A DNA stretch of 64,000 bases from Felis catus (Eukaryota): the NCBI RefSeq assembly GCF_018350175.1, contig NC_058373.1:102922001-102986000 (forward strand). The letters are read 5' to 3'. The notes below the pieces were generated by a model. The model was not told where the DNA came from. It saw nothing but the letters and a program-made list of their open reading frames with translations, and made no database searches. The position numbers and the translations under genes were made by a program. Positions 35,820 to 48,609 of this stretch are shown here, piece by piece. Position 1 is the stretch's first letter. The number at the start of each line of letters is the position of its first letter.

Positions 35820-36215
35820 ATATAGTGAAGTCAGAAGGTTCCCAAGCCAGGGCATCTGCTAGCCAGCTCTCTGCCTTGGGAGACTCACATCAACTCCTTT
35901 GCCTCAGTTTCACTCTCTGTAAAATGGGCCAAATTAGGTTAAATCTCAGTATGCTGCTTTATTTTTTAAAGTTTATTTATTTATGTTGAGAGAGAGCATG
36001 AGAAATTGCATGTGAGCGGGAAGGGGCAGAGACCAAGGGAGAGAGAGAATCCCAAGCAGCCTCCACACTTAGTATAGAGCCCGTTGTGGGGTTCGATCCC
36101 ATGGACCATGAGATCATGACCTGGGCCAAAATCAAGAGTCAGATGCTTAAGTGACTGAAGCACCTAGTGCCCCAAATCCCAGTATGCTTCAAAGGCTAGA
36201 ATTTTAAGGATGTAT
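35820..36215 (+). mobile_element. MIR, interrupted by a CanSINE
   Basis: ccttgggagactcac...gcctcagtttcactctctgtaaaatggg. Confidence 0.7.
35956..36173 (-). mobile_element. CanSINE
   Basis: TSD aaatctcagtatgct (35941-35955) / aaatcccagtatgct (36174-36188). Confidence 0.96.
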
Positions 36216-37005
36216 GCCTTTGAGTCAAATCTTCCTTGGACAGCTGGGCAGGAAAATCCTCTATTTATGTAGAGTCTGGGCTTGGGTGGAGCTTCCAATT
36301 AGCCTGACCCTGAAATGCATGTCTGTGTGCAGATCTCTGTTAGCACTTCCCGAGTCCCATTCATTCCCAGATGTTTGTCTTCATTGTGTGCAAAAGCTGT
36401 GGATGCCAAGTCATTGCCATGGCAGTGACCTCTTAAGACCCTTCACGTTTTACTCACAAATGCAGTAAAGCAGGTTCATGCAAGGTGCATATGATGAAAT
36501 TAATGATGAAATTAATAGGAGGATTGTGCCAGGAACCTGTCACATTATTAAATACAAAAGAATAGTTCTAGACATTGCAAGCCTGTTTGCTACTGGCAAG
36601 TTTGCTCTATTATATTATCTTTGATTTATGTCCCTTAATGTGTTCCCTCATCACAATATATATTTTGTTAATATTAATGTATTTATGCATCTTGAAATTG
36701 CCTAATTAATCCCTTGCTTTCCCAATGAGTTATGTAAGTTGGTGAATTTATATGATAAATATTATAATGAAGAAAACACAACAATGGAGCATAAAATACT
36801 AACTTAATTTACCATACACATAACAAAGAAGTTTAGGGTATGATTTCCCCTCTGAAATTAACTAATATTTCTTATTGCTTTTCCTAATTAAAACTTATCC
36901 CTTTCCTACATCCTAGGGGTACCATTTTTATTCCTACACATATTTAAGAGCTACTGTGTATCAAGTCATTATGTTGGGTATTTTGGGGTTACTAAACAAA
37001 ACAGC

Positions 37006-37218
37006 ACAAGGTCTCTCAACCTCATCACTATTGATATTTGGGGCCTGATAAGTCTTTGTTGTGGGGGTTGTTGTCCTATAGGCTGTGTAGCAGCATCCCT
37101 GGCCTCTGTTCACTAGATGCCAATTGCACCCTTCTCCCTGTAGTTGTGACAACTAAAAATATCTCTAGACATTGCTAAATGTCCCCAGTGGTGTGTGTCA
37201 GAATCGTTCCCCACCCTG
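37006..37218 (-). mobile_element. MER20 (hAT-Charlie MITE)
   Basis: ctcaacctcatcactattgatatttggggc...cagcatccctggcctct..actagatgcca..gttgtgacaactaaaaatatctctagacattgctaaatgtcccc. Confidence 0.9.
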
Positions 37219-37224
37219 TTTTGG

Positions 37225-38515
37225 TCATCTGCATACTCAGTACTTAGTACAGTGTTTGGTACATAGTGGATCCTAAATAATACTTGTCAAATGTTGAATG
37301 AATAAATACACAAATAACTAAACAGGCCAAAAGAGAGGTACAGATAAAACACAGTAAGGGTCTGGAAGAGGAATGAGTCGCTCCTGGAGGGGCAAGGGTC
37401 CAGGAAGAGGGTTTCTAGAGGAGATACCATGGGGAAAAAGAGGCCAGGAGGGCTTCCTAAGTAGAAATGCTCTGGACATGGACAAGGGTGAGCTGGGAGA
37501 AGAGATTAACTGGTGTGTAGGGTGGGTAGAGGGCAGGTTGGGGACAGGGCAGAAGGGACTTGGATTCGATCATAGAGGGTCTGGAATGGCAGGTTGGAGT
37601 TAAATCAGGTTCAGAAAATCATGGGAAACAACTCAAAGCAGTGATTGAGCGGGGATGTAGCATATATCCTATCAGCCTGAAGACTGGCCTGGTGATGGTA
37701 TATAGGATAGAGAGACACTGGAGATGGAGAAGCCAGTGGGACATTTTTATAGTGTTTTGAAAAAGGACATAAACTAGGCTTACAAGAGGCACAGGAGTTC
37801 TGAGGGCAACTGAGTCGATTAGGAAGGATTTGAGGTAGTGTACTAGTTCCTTCCCGTGGTAGTGTAACGTCCAAGCTCCTTTGCCGGACATTTAAGGCCC
37901 TTCTTGACTCTCTACCCTCTTCTCCCATCATATTCTCTATCAATCACCCTTACCCTCCTACTCCCATCCTCTTCTTAGACTCAGCTGATGCTTATTTCCT
38001 GCAGTATTGAACCAGAGTCTTTCCAACAATATCTGCCCTTCACAGTCTTTCTGGAACACTCTCTCCACCTTCATATGCCTGGAAAATGACTATTCACCCT
38101 TCCAAATGCTGTTCAGGTGCCTTCACTTTCACAAAACATGTTTGGATCACTGAGTAAACACTCTCCTATATCTTGTATATATTTATATTTTTACACAGAT
38201 CACATTGTTTCGTGATTATCTTGTATGGTCTTCTACTAAACTGTTAGCTCCTTGAGAGTAGTAAGAACTATGTCTTATTCCATTTGTATTTTTTTTTTTC
38301 TATTTGTTGGGCAAAGTGACTAGGAAATAATGTTTGTAACATAAGATTCTTCAGGTTTGGTGCTTAGGAAGTTGCTAGTAGTTTTCCAAAAGAGTGTCGG
38401 TGGAGTAGCAAGGGTGGAAGTTGGTTAAGTAAGAGTGGAGGGCTAAGGGGTGAGACAGAGGTGAGAAGCAGAGGCATTGGTGGAGATGACTCTATCAAGA
38501 AGTGTGGGGACAAAG
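37225..38515. mobile_element. Cluster of L2 fragments in both orientations
   Basis: Sense 3' end ~37225-37310, antisense ~37320-37860, sense ~37865-38330 (ctgttagctccttgagagtag), probable antisense ~38345-38515. Confidence 0.7.
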
Positions 38516-38517
38516 GG

Positions 38518-38762
38518 CGAGCATAGTGATCAAGCTTGTGAATTCTGGAGTCAGGACGTTCAGTTCAAATCCTGGCTCTACCACCTACTAGTGTGTGACC
38601 TGGGGTAAGTCCCTTAACTTCTCTGTGCCCTTTCCCTCATTTGTAAAAAATGGGCAAGATAATATAGCACCTTCCCTATAGCATTGTTGGGGATCAAATC
38701 AGTTAATGCACTTAAAGAGCTTAGAATGGTACTTGACACATAATGAGTGCTTCATAGCTATT
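38518..38762 (+). mobile_element. MIR SINE, near full length
   Basis: ttctggagtcag..ttcaaatcctggctctaccacctactagtgtgtgacctgggg..cttaacttctctgtgcc. Confidence 0.92.
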
Positions 38763-39164
38763 CACTTTTGACAAAGCAGACTAGACAACAGTGAGATAGC
38801 AGAGTCAGGGAAGTGTTGATTGGGTGGTTGGTCTTCTGCTTGGCAAGCTTAACATATTTGTGGGCTGAGAGAGGAAGGAACGGGTTCAGAGGGAGGGATT
38901 GGCAGCAGGCAAAAAGGGGGAGGATCCTTGATGGAAAAAAAAACATCACTAGTGCAGCAAGCCTTCCTCTGGGACTGGAGAGAAGCAAGAGATACGTAAA
39001 GAAGCTAGGGGAGAGAGGGATGATGAGGGAACACATTTGAATATCACTTCTTTTTTGTGAGATGTGAGAGACCTGTTGTATCTATTGAGTTTTGCAGCTA
39101 GATTCTGTTCCCCTCTCTAGCACTTCTCTTATGATTTTTTTAAAAGTAATTTTTCCTTGCATGT

Positions 39165-39630
39165 ATGTGAGATGATGTAAGTTATTAATTATAGTTTATA
39201 ATAACAGAACATTAAAATCAACCTAAATGTCCCTTTTTTTTGGAGACTGGCTTATATCCATTATGGAACTCAAGAGAATACTATGCAGCTATAGCAAGGA
39301 ACGAAGAACTCTCTATGTACTGATTTGGTCTGACTACCAAGAACTGTTGTTGAGTGAGAAAACTGAAGTGCCTAACAGTAGCATAGCATGCTACCATTTT
39401 AAAACCACTTACTGTAATAAAAAGAGGAAGGGTAAAATCTAAAAGGGCACATTCATAGATGCCTAAAATATTCCTGGTATATACTGAAAAAAATGATTGG
39501 CCTCAGAGGGAAGGAACTTACTGGCTGGGGACTAGAGTGGAAGGGAGATTTCTCACTATGTATCTTGTGGAACTCTTTGAATTTAGAACATGACAATGCA
39601 CTCTATATACAAAAAGAATTAAATTAAAAA
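39165..39630 (+). mobile_element. Ancient L1 (L1ME-like) 3' fragment
   Basis: aatcaacctaaatgtcc..gaatactatgcagc..ctctctatgtactgatttgg. Confidence 0.7.
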
Positions 39631-39989
39631 TATTGCAAGTGTCCACAAATTATTCCAGTTCTATTCCTGATATTTGGTTTGATTTCTTGGGGCTTACATG
39701 TATAACAAGGACAAGGTGAGCCATAACAACAATATTAAGCAAACTTGCTGTTTATAACCCCAAACACCTTCTCAGGAAGGACATTGCCATGGAGAACAAG
39801 TCGAGCACCACAGTCATTGGTACATGTGGGTTTGGGAGTAGGTGCCCTGAAGCAGCAGAATTTCCCTGCATAAGAAAGGGGTTCCTAGACTAATCTCAGA
39901 GAGAATAACTGAGAAGTTTGGGATAGGAGAGAGTGGGAGCAAGCAAGATGAGATACAGGGATTGGGTTGCCTATGAGAAACTAAAGACT

Positions 39990-40175
39990 AGGGCAGCCAG
40001 ACTGACCAAGACACAATTTTATGTTGTTTTTCTTTTGTATAGAGCATGATGCCACTTCCTTGTGATCCTCACATCTTCATTCTGCTACAGGTTGCCGGGA
40101 GGAGCAAATGAGATCATACGCATAGGAGTCTGATATATAATAAGCACTCAATAAATCTTAGTTGTCAGTAATAAG
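39990..40175 (+). mobile_element. MIR fragment
   Basis: ggttgccgggaggagcaaatgagatcata...taagcactcaataaat. Confidence 0.6.
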
Positions 40176-42674
40176 TAAAATGATTTGAACTTGTTTTGAA
40201 GGCAGGGATTTTGGAGACTGGGTACCCAGTTTGGGTCAATTCCAGAGTGGAGATCAAGGGATGCTGAGTGAAAAAATTTCAGCAGAAGCAGGGAATTGGA
40301 GGCTAAGGACAATATGAAAGTATAAGCCCGTGGAAAGCTGAGGAATTTTGAGGAGAGACCTTTGGACTTTGATAAAAGGGTGCGAATCCAACTCATCTAC
40401 ATCTCAGGTGGCTGTGAAACCCTAGCTAACATATGAGTTACAGAGCCAACCAGTGCCCCAAGTTCATATGGCTCTGGTAATTACAGTGGGACAGCAAATA
40501 TTTCCCATGTGCCATGACTGGAACTCAGGACCTACGTTGACTCCAGGCAGATACTGAGGGGGCTGTCAGGGAAGAGTCTGTCCTTGCTGCCCATTTCACA
40601 TTTTATAGCTGGCTTTAATGTGATCCAGCCTAATGAAAACCAACAGCATGTTTACAAACCAGAATTATCTACATTTCATAGAAATTGTTGCCATGGTTTT
40701 ACAGCTTGAAAATGAATGTAGTTCCAGGAGGAGCCCACCCAAACATATCCAGCACTTCTGGGTGTCTGTTACATATAGAACATGGGGGTCTGATTACCCT
40801 CAAGGTCATTTCTAATGGCCAGAGTTCACCAGGATTTGATACAATTATTTAAATTCCTGTCTTCAGAAGGAGGTGTCTCTGGGGAATTACATGATGCTAC
40901 CAGCAGCTGCTGTGTAGATTTAGACTAAATTCAGGTTATTGGAAAATGTTTTTTGTGAGTCAAAAATGTGGTGTTACTTCCTATCTCAATTGTCTGTTGT
41001 CATTGCCCCCAAATTATTTAACCCGTCTTTGGTTCTGCCACAGGTTCTGTGTCTTCCTGATATTTCTTAAAGCAGTAGTACCTGATTTTCCACATTCGTT
41101 TCCCTGAGGCTATAATGCCATGTGTAAGTGCAGCTGGGTTTGGAGTCACAAAACCATGCAGTTGGCAAATTTGGGATGTCCCAGGGATTTCGATATAGAG
41201 GCTTTTCCTTTATAAAGATTTATATTTTATTTTTAAATGTTCTTACCTCTGGAAAAGTATCATGCTTTAAAACCTCCTCCCTCTCTATCTATATTATTTA
41301 TCCATTTTTTCTGTCCGTCTGTCTATATTTTCAATCTCTCCTTTAATGTTTATTATACCTTATTAAAAAAAAAGCAATTTGTATGTAAGGAGGGCAGGTA
41401 GTGGTCTAACGACATACTTCAGAGTATTTCTGACCTTGCCCTGATCTGGTGCTGACCTCTTAGTTTTTATGTGTGGGCCCTGACTCTTCTTTGTAAAATG
41501 AGGCATGTCTTGGCAGCAAGAGACCGTGGTAAGGAGATCTCAGTAGCATTGGCTGCTTACTCCAGGCAGGAACTCTTGCATTTCAGCCTGGGCAAGCTCC
41601 TCCTGGATGGATCCCTACTCAGTCTTGGAACGTGTCCACTATGGCAGCCTCATCTCATTACAGTGCAGGTTCCAGGCATTTGTCACAATGAACTCATATG
41701 CCCCAAAATGGATCAGTGTCTCTGTGAAATTTGACAATTGGCAGCCTCCTGGCAGAGTGGGTCTCAGGGTCTCAGAAAGTCGGCTTCAGCTGGGTGATTA
41801 AGCTCTGGCTGTTCTCAGTTTTGGACCAGTCTTGTGTTAACGGGTGGCCAGCATATCAGAGTCATGCATTTGTACATTCCACACGTATTAAGCACCCTCT
41901 GTGAGCCAGGCACTCTGAGCCACTGAATATTGGAAGGTGATCAAGACCCCTCCAGTTGTTCCCACTCAGTGGCTGGAGCTCTGTACTCATCTGGAGGTGA
42001 GCCTGAAAGCTCTCTGACCCTTTTGGGGCTAACTAGGCCCTTATTTGGCAGGAATGGTAGAGGATCCTCAGAGTCCGACCTGGAGTTGGCCAAAGGGTTA
42101 TGCTTTCTACCCCAGGCTGGGGCACCAGGGCCTGCAGAGCTGTGTTCTTCTTCTGCTTCCTCATGGAAAGGACCACAATATGGTGTGGGAGAGAGTGAAT
42201 TTCTACCCTCTTTGTTGGGGTTAGAACAGTCTGACCTGAGCTCCTATAGGGGCTTTACGGATTTGGCCTCTGCAGGCTGGATGGATAGCAGAGCTTTGGG
42301 TCTAGGAGTCTGAGGGGAGGAGGGATGAATGTGGCCAGAGAGATGCATTCAGGACCAGAGACCTGATCACAGACCAGGGTAAGATAGAAGCAAGGTCATA
42401 GGATGGATGAGGACCAACAAGAGGGCAGAAAGTGTGGGTGCAGGACCCAAGACAAGGAGAAGTAGATTGGACACTCCTGGCAGGAGGGGTTAGCTCTTTT
42501 CCCCTTATATTCCCTGCATCCAGTGTGGCCCTTCCTAGAAATGCTCATTAATTTGAATTAAATTCCATAGACACTTCTTTAAAACCCATTGTCTATATAT
42601 CAAAATGTGTATTCAATTCAGGCTGACAGGCCACCACCACCCAAGGTGTAAAGGATGGAGGAAGAGGCAGTCTT

Positions 42675-42905
42675 TATGTACTGGCTTCTGCCATGCACGG
42701 GGCTAAGCCCCTCACCTTCATTATCCCAATGAAACCTTCAAAGAACCCCACAAAGTAGAGAAGACCATCCCCAGGTAGATGAGGAAACAGCTTCAGAGAA
42801 GTTATTTCCCCAAGTTCACATGACTATGATGTGCTAAGGATGGGACTACAATGTATAGGAGTCTGGGTTGGTCTGATTTTCAAAGCCCAGAGCTCTTCCT
42901 CAAAC
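42675..42905 (-). mobile_element. MIR SINE
   Basis: agatgaggaaacagcttcagagaagtta..cccaagttcaca. Confidence 0.7.
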
Positions 42906-43479
42906 CATCCCTGAGAACCCTGTGGGAGCAAAGTTATGACTCAATCATATTTGTGCTGCTGGCATTGGGCCTGAATGTGGAAAGTAATCAATCAATGTGT
43001 TTTTGATGAATGAATGGATGAATGAAGGAATGAATGAATGAATGAGTGATGAGTGAGTGGTGGATGGAGCTGCATCTTTGTTCATGAATATGTGATTGAT
43101 GAGTCCTTGGCCATGAAGTTCACACACGTGAGACAGATGGAGACTCGGGTTTTGAGGTTTTACCAATAAAAGGCAGGAGTCACATTTTCTATTTCGTTGA
43201 TGTTCTGTATTCAGTAGGTGCTGCATTAATACCCTATTGATAATATTGCTCCTATAACCTGAACTCTTTCACAAACAGCTGGGGTCTCTAAAAGATAGCA
43301 CCAAATTGGTTCAAACCCAGTGTAGGTTTTGGACATTCGTTCAGATATGAAGGGAATACTTGAGACTTTTTCTTCCTTTATCTGATCCACCTTTACTGAC
43401 TCACAGTATTGAAAGATTACAAGGTCATTTCTAACTGTTTCTGGGACTTCTTGCTGCTCTCTTCTTGAAAGCAATTTAA

Positions 43480-43830
43480 AATCTGTCTGTTCACATGCAC
43501 ATTTTTTACAAACAAAAGTTTATTTTCTATATATAGAAAAATGCCACCAGAGGACTAATTTGGCAGCTTTGTTGATTACCCATTGTAATGAGCCTTATTA
43601 CATAATTAAAAGAATTTTTTTTCCTAACTGCATTTCACTACTAATTAACATTTTACACATTTTGCAGTGGACACTTTGGGTTGAATCAGAAACATAATTA
43701 TGTCATTTCTATGCAAAGAGGAGCTTATGAATTATTAATTAATATTAAATCTGTTGATTAAAGGCTAATTCATAAGTAAACATATTACAGCTCACCATGT
43801 ATTGCTCTCTAGATGCTTTCAGTTGTGATT
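43480..43830. promoter_or_regulatory. Candidate conserved non-coding element / developmental enhancer
   Basis: Repeat-free AT-rich block with many TAAT/ATTA cores, GTAAACA at 43776-43782, and CATTTCTATGCAAAG at 43704-43718. Confidence 0.35.
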
Positions 43831-43936
43831 TCTGTGGACCCTTGTCCCTTGCTAAATATCAGGGCAGGAACTAAAGAAAGACAGAAGTTGGCCACGTAGA
43901 TTCCAAGGAACAAAAGTAATCCATTTCAAACTCTTT

Positions 43937-44151
43937 TTTTTTTTTTTTAATGTTTATTTATTTTTGAGAGAGAGACAGAGTGTGAGCAGGGGAGGGGCAG
44001 AGAGATAGGAGGGAGAGACACAGAATCTGAAGTAGGTTCCAGGCTCCAAGCTGCCAGCACAGAGCCCGATGCAGGATGCGAACTCACGGAGGGTGAGATC
44101 ATGACCTGAGCTGAAGTTGGACGCTTAACTGACTGAGCCACCCAGGCACCT
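43937..44151 (-). mobile_element. CanSINE (SINEC_Fc type)
   Basis: TSD ccatttcaaactcttt (43921-43936) / ccatttgaaactcttt (44152-44167). Confidence 0.97.
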
Positions 44152-44893
44152 CCATTTGAAACTCTTTGTGAATTTTCAACCACAATTATGCTTTTTGCAT
44201 TCTGTGTGCTTCTAATTGTGAGGCACATGTAGGGTGCGGACAGGTTATGGAAAGTAAGTCACTCACTTCTTTATTTTCTTAACCTTAAACAGAGAATTGT
44301 TCTCTTCTGATGCACAGGCTGCCCAAGGCCACACCAGCTGGGGAGTGCGCTGAGGAATCAGGGTCTCTGGAGTGTCTGGGGCAGCCCTTCCCAGGGAAAT
44401 GGCCGGGATCTCCACCAGCCCCAGGTGGGGAGTGGTAAGCATATGGAGGTGCTCCCGAAGGCCAGTTGTCTTTGGGTCCCATGTCCTGACTGGTGATGCT
44501 CTGGCCTGGCTCTGCCCTTCCCCAGGCCGGCTGTGATGCAGCTCGTGTCCTACCATGGAGGTACAGCTCCGTCCTGGTCCCCAGCTGTTAGCTGGCCACA
44601 CTGATGAGAAGCCCCGTGCTTAATTACGCTTCATTTTAGGCCACAAACTGTTTTGCTTCATACTCCCGGTTTCTGTCACACCTCTACCAGGCCATTTGCC
44701 CTGGAATTAGCATTCTTGTTTTAGTGTGCTTGCTAATATTTGTAGATTATTCCTAATTTCTGCTTTCTGAAGTTCACTTTAAGTAGCAAACTTTTATCAG
44801 TTACTTCTGTGGTAAGCTTTTTTTTAAAAAAAATCACCAACATGAATTCCATAAATCCTTGTCTATGTTACTCATTTACCATGGGTTATCTTT

Positions 44894-45080
44894 TTTTTTA
44901 AGTTTATTTATTTTGAAAGAGACAGACAGTATGAGTGGGGGAGGGGCAGAGAGGGAGAGAGAGAATCCCAAGCACACTCCTCACCCCAACGTGGGGCTCA
45001 AAACCGTGAAGCCATGAGATCATTACCTGAGCCCAAACCAAGAGTCAGATGCTTAGCCAACTGAGTCATCCACGTGCCCC
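44894..45080 (-). mobile_element. CanSINE
   Basis: Perfect TSD accatgggttatcttt at 44878-44893 and 45082-45097. Confidence 0.96.
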
Positions 45081-45165
45081 AACCATGGGTTATCTTTGAT
45101 TTACCTTGGCCTGGCAGCTCTTTAGCTAACCTTAGTTCCCTGTCGTTCACAAATGTTCTGTGTCA

Positions 45166-45167
<2 letters not shown>

Positions 45168-45198
<31 letters not shown>

Positions 45199-45328
45199 GC
45201 CTTCCTTTGTGGGAAGAGTTACTTTCTGCTGCTTGGGGAGGTCCAAGCTAAGAATTACCGGGTGATACTTTCTGCATCACTGTTTTAACAAATTCACACA
45301 CACACAACACACACACACACACACACAC
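45168..45328. repeat. (GT)n (45168-45197) and (CA)n (45295-45328) microsatellites
   Basis: Directly visible runs. Confidence 0.95.
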
Positions 45329-45334
45329 GCACTA

Positions 45335-45580
45335 CCATTGTTGGCAACATTAGCACAACAATATGTTCTGTACTTGTATGTGTTTAGTAGGATTATTTAC
45401 ATCCTTCCCTTTATTTGATCCTCATAATTCCCATGTAAGAGAAGAAAGTATTGTTATGCTAATTTTATTCATAAGGGAATATATCACAAACAGGCTAAAT
45501 GGCTTGGCCCTTGTCCTACAGCTAGTTACTCTTGAAGGCAGGAACAGACCCTTGTCTTTAGCTTCTGTGTATAGCTCTTC
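45335..45580 (-). mobile_element. MIR SINE
   Basis: tttatttgatcctcataattcccatgtaag...ggctaaatggcttggcc..gtcctacagctagt. Confidence 0.7.
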
Positions 45581-46045
45581 TCAGGACATAAGATCCCATG
45601 AGACCTTGCTCCATCCTCGTGTACCCCCACATATGTCCATCTGGTGAAAGGGGAACATGTGGGAAAGCTCAGTTATTAGACTTTATGTGCCTTCTCTCTG
45701 AATACTTCTCCAACCTGGTTGATCCATTCTTTGCAGTAAAGAGTTCTCACGGCTGGTTAGAGTATAAACATCCCTAGAATGAACACCATGTCATATAATC
45801 AAAGTCACTTACCCTGGAGTGATAAAGGTTAATGATTCCTTTCCCAAGAGCATATACGTCTAGAAGTGAAGAAAGCACCACTGACATGGGTTGTAGAGAT
45901 GTGGGGGTCCAAGATGTTTCTTCACAGTGGATATAGACCTCCTAGCTCCAGCAGGACCGTCAAGTTGTAACCTGACATAAGCTGGTCACAGAGCTGATGA
46001 CTTGATATCACAGGAACATCGCTGGTAAGAAAGGCTCCACTTGTT

Positions 46046-46267
46046 GGGGAGCCTGGGTGGCTCAGTCGTTTGAGCGGCTGACTTTGGCTCAGGTCATGAT
46101 CTTATGGTTGGTGGGCTCGAGCCCTGCGTCGGGGTCTATGCTGATAGCTCAGAGCCTGGAGCCTGGAGCCTGCTTCGGATTCTGTGTCTCCCTCTGTCTC
46201 TGTCCCTCCCCTGCTCACATTCTGTCTCTCTCTCTATCAAAAATAAATAAACTTAAAAAAAAAAAAG
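46046..46267 (+). mobile_element. CanSINE (SINEC_Fc type)
   Basis: TSD gaaaggctccacttg (46029-46043) / gaaagactccacttg (46268-46282). Extra gagcctg unit in the body. Confidence 0.97.
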
Positions 46268-47774
46268 GAAAGACTCCACTTGAGACCCAGTGACAGATGG
46301 AGGGAGCTAGATGTCCCTTTGTACTGGCTCTGGTCACATGTGATGGCCCCTCTTCATCTTCCCCACCTTTGCTTGTAGATAAAATGTATCTAACTCCTGA
46401 CTTGGAGGGCCAAGGCCTTGTCATTAAAACTGGGATTGTAGCTTTGATATGAGGATACAGACTACCCTGGCCTTTTGCCCAGGAAGTGATGCTGTCCATC
46501 AGTCCTATCTTGATTTTTGTACTGCTGACCAAACTGCTGCAGTAACAGGACTTGTCATTCCAGAGCAAGTCTCAGCTCTCTGGTCTGCTGTTCTACCAGC
46601 TGCCCTATTGGCGACCTTATGCTGTCGATTACACTGGATCTCCTAGTTGGGTATGCCCCGTACCCACAGGTCATGACTTGTGCCTCTCCCTTTACCCACC
46701 TCATCCCCTTCCCAGCCATGGACAGTTCAAAATAGGGACTTCAAAGTGTCCTGGCCCAGATATTTTGTATAAAATTTCAACAGTTTTAACAAGGGAAGAT
46801 CTTGTGATAGGGAGATATGGTCATATACCCTGCTCTTGGTTTCCATTTGCCTTTATAAGAAATGGGTGTACTACTTTCTTAGATTCTTCTGTAGCATTGA
46901 AATTATATATGCATAGTTCCTGAAACTTAAAGGGTATTCTATAATCGTTTACTCAATGGAGAACCTGAAGTCTAAAGATTCCAGCGCCTCAAGTGCCCTA
47001 AAGACCATCCTACCTCCATTGCTTTCTCCTCTGCCTCAGCGCACTCACTGCCAAAATGTTTCTCCAGTGCACCCCTCAGCCAGCCTCTGAGATCTTACTA
47101 TGTCCACTTGGTACCTGGAAGGGGGTCTAATATGGAGGTCCTGGACAGACTTCCTTGAGTCTTCTGCCACTGAGCTTGGCCTGAGGTGTTGTTGGCAGTG
47201 GGATGGAATTTAGGCCCTAGTCAAAAGCCGAGATGTCAGGATTTCACTCTTAGTCTAGGGCCCAGGAGAGAGAAGTGAGGAGAGTTATTATATAGGGGCT
47301 CAGAAGACTTTAATTTGACCCAACCTTGTGTTGATCCTGGAAGATGGCACAGATAAGGAAGTAACTGGGATCCCAGACTCCCAAAGGTTTAGCAGGTGCG
47401 GTTGGAAGAAAAGCCTAAGCTCTTCTAGAACATAACCCAGTGTTCCTCCCAGACCTAGCAATAGAACTAAAGCCAGTGAGAATGAGTTCTGGTGCTGTTG
47501 TAATCCACTCTCTCAGCTTTGCCTCATCAGTCTTCAGCACGGACGACACATTCATTCTTCTAAAATGTTTTCCTCCTTATTTGTGATTCCACCTGCATCC
47601 ATGCTCATGATGAATCCCAAAGTACAGCCTAGCCCACCTTCCTTTGCACCTTCTGCTGGCTTACCTGGTCCCGCCCTGAGGCATTTCTGCACCTCTGATT
47701 CACATCCGTGTGTAGTCCTGGCTGCTTATGCAGCTGCAGCTAATCAGGGCACTGGCAATCCAGTCGAGGAATAA

Positions 47775-48224
47775 ATTATTTAGGGAAGGCTGCGCTGCTG
47801 TAACAAGATCCAGCAAAATTTCAGCGGCCCCAGAAATACAGAAGTTTATTTCTCTTTCACGTTGTCATCCAGGGAAATGTCGCGGGTCAGTGGCTGACTC
47901 TCCTCATTATTCAAGGGCCCCGGCTGGTGGGGATTCTGCCATCTTCAACACCTGATTCCTAAGGCCACTTGCGGTTTGCCTTTCCCCACCCTAGGGGAAA
48001 CCGAAAAGAAAGCATGGGAGGGCTACGTATATAGCCTGGTCTTGAGCCTTTACAGCCTAGAAGTGGCCTGCATCCCACTTCCACTCACATTCCACTGTGT
48101 ATTAGTTACATGGCCACACCTGAGTACCTGCAAAGGAGGCTGGGAAATAGAGCCCGGTTACAAAGCCCAGTTACATACAAGAAGAGGAACTGTGTTTGGT
48201 GGACAGGTAGCAATCTCTGCCATA
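47775..48224 (-). mobile_element. MaLR solo LTR (MLT1J/K/L-like)
   Basis: gctgctgtaacaa..gaagtttatttctc..tctgccatcttcaac..cacttccactcacattcca..catggccacacct..ctgcaaaggaggctgggaaat..tctctgccata. Confidence 0.85.
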
Positions 48225-48609
48225 AGGAAGGAGAACACACACATGAAACTGCAGATCACGTGTCTGAAACATGAACCCAGGGGAGAATAACACTAATTAT
48301 GCGTAGCAGCAAGCTGTGAAGGAGATCAGCTTCCCAAGACTTTATGAATATATTTTGCTTTGAGTATGGTGACAAGGATAGAATGAGCAGAAGAGATTTT
48401 AGGTGTGGTCATACACACTTTTCCAGTATAACCATCCATTTGTGCAGTTAACTCTTTTGGTATGACAACAATAGGAATGAGCAAGTGACATCTTGGAGCC
48501 AGAACACAAATTAGCTTGGCTGGAGGACAAGGTCCATGTTAGGGGAGTAACATGCAGAAGAAGCGTGTGAAGCTGATGGAGTAGGGAGAACAGATAAAAG
48601 GTCAACACC

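Noticed and set aside
41930..42313. 127-aa ORF (and the 148-aa ORF at 58932..59378)
   Set aside because: Non-ATG starts, no recognisable domain, no splice context; lengths are within chance for 64 kb.
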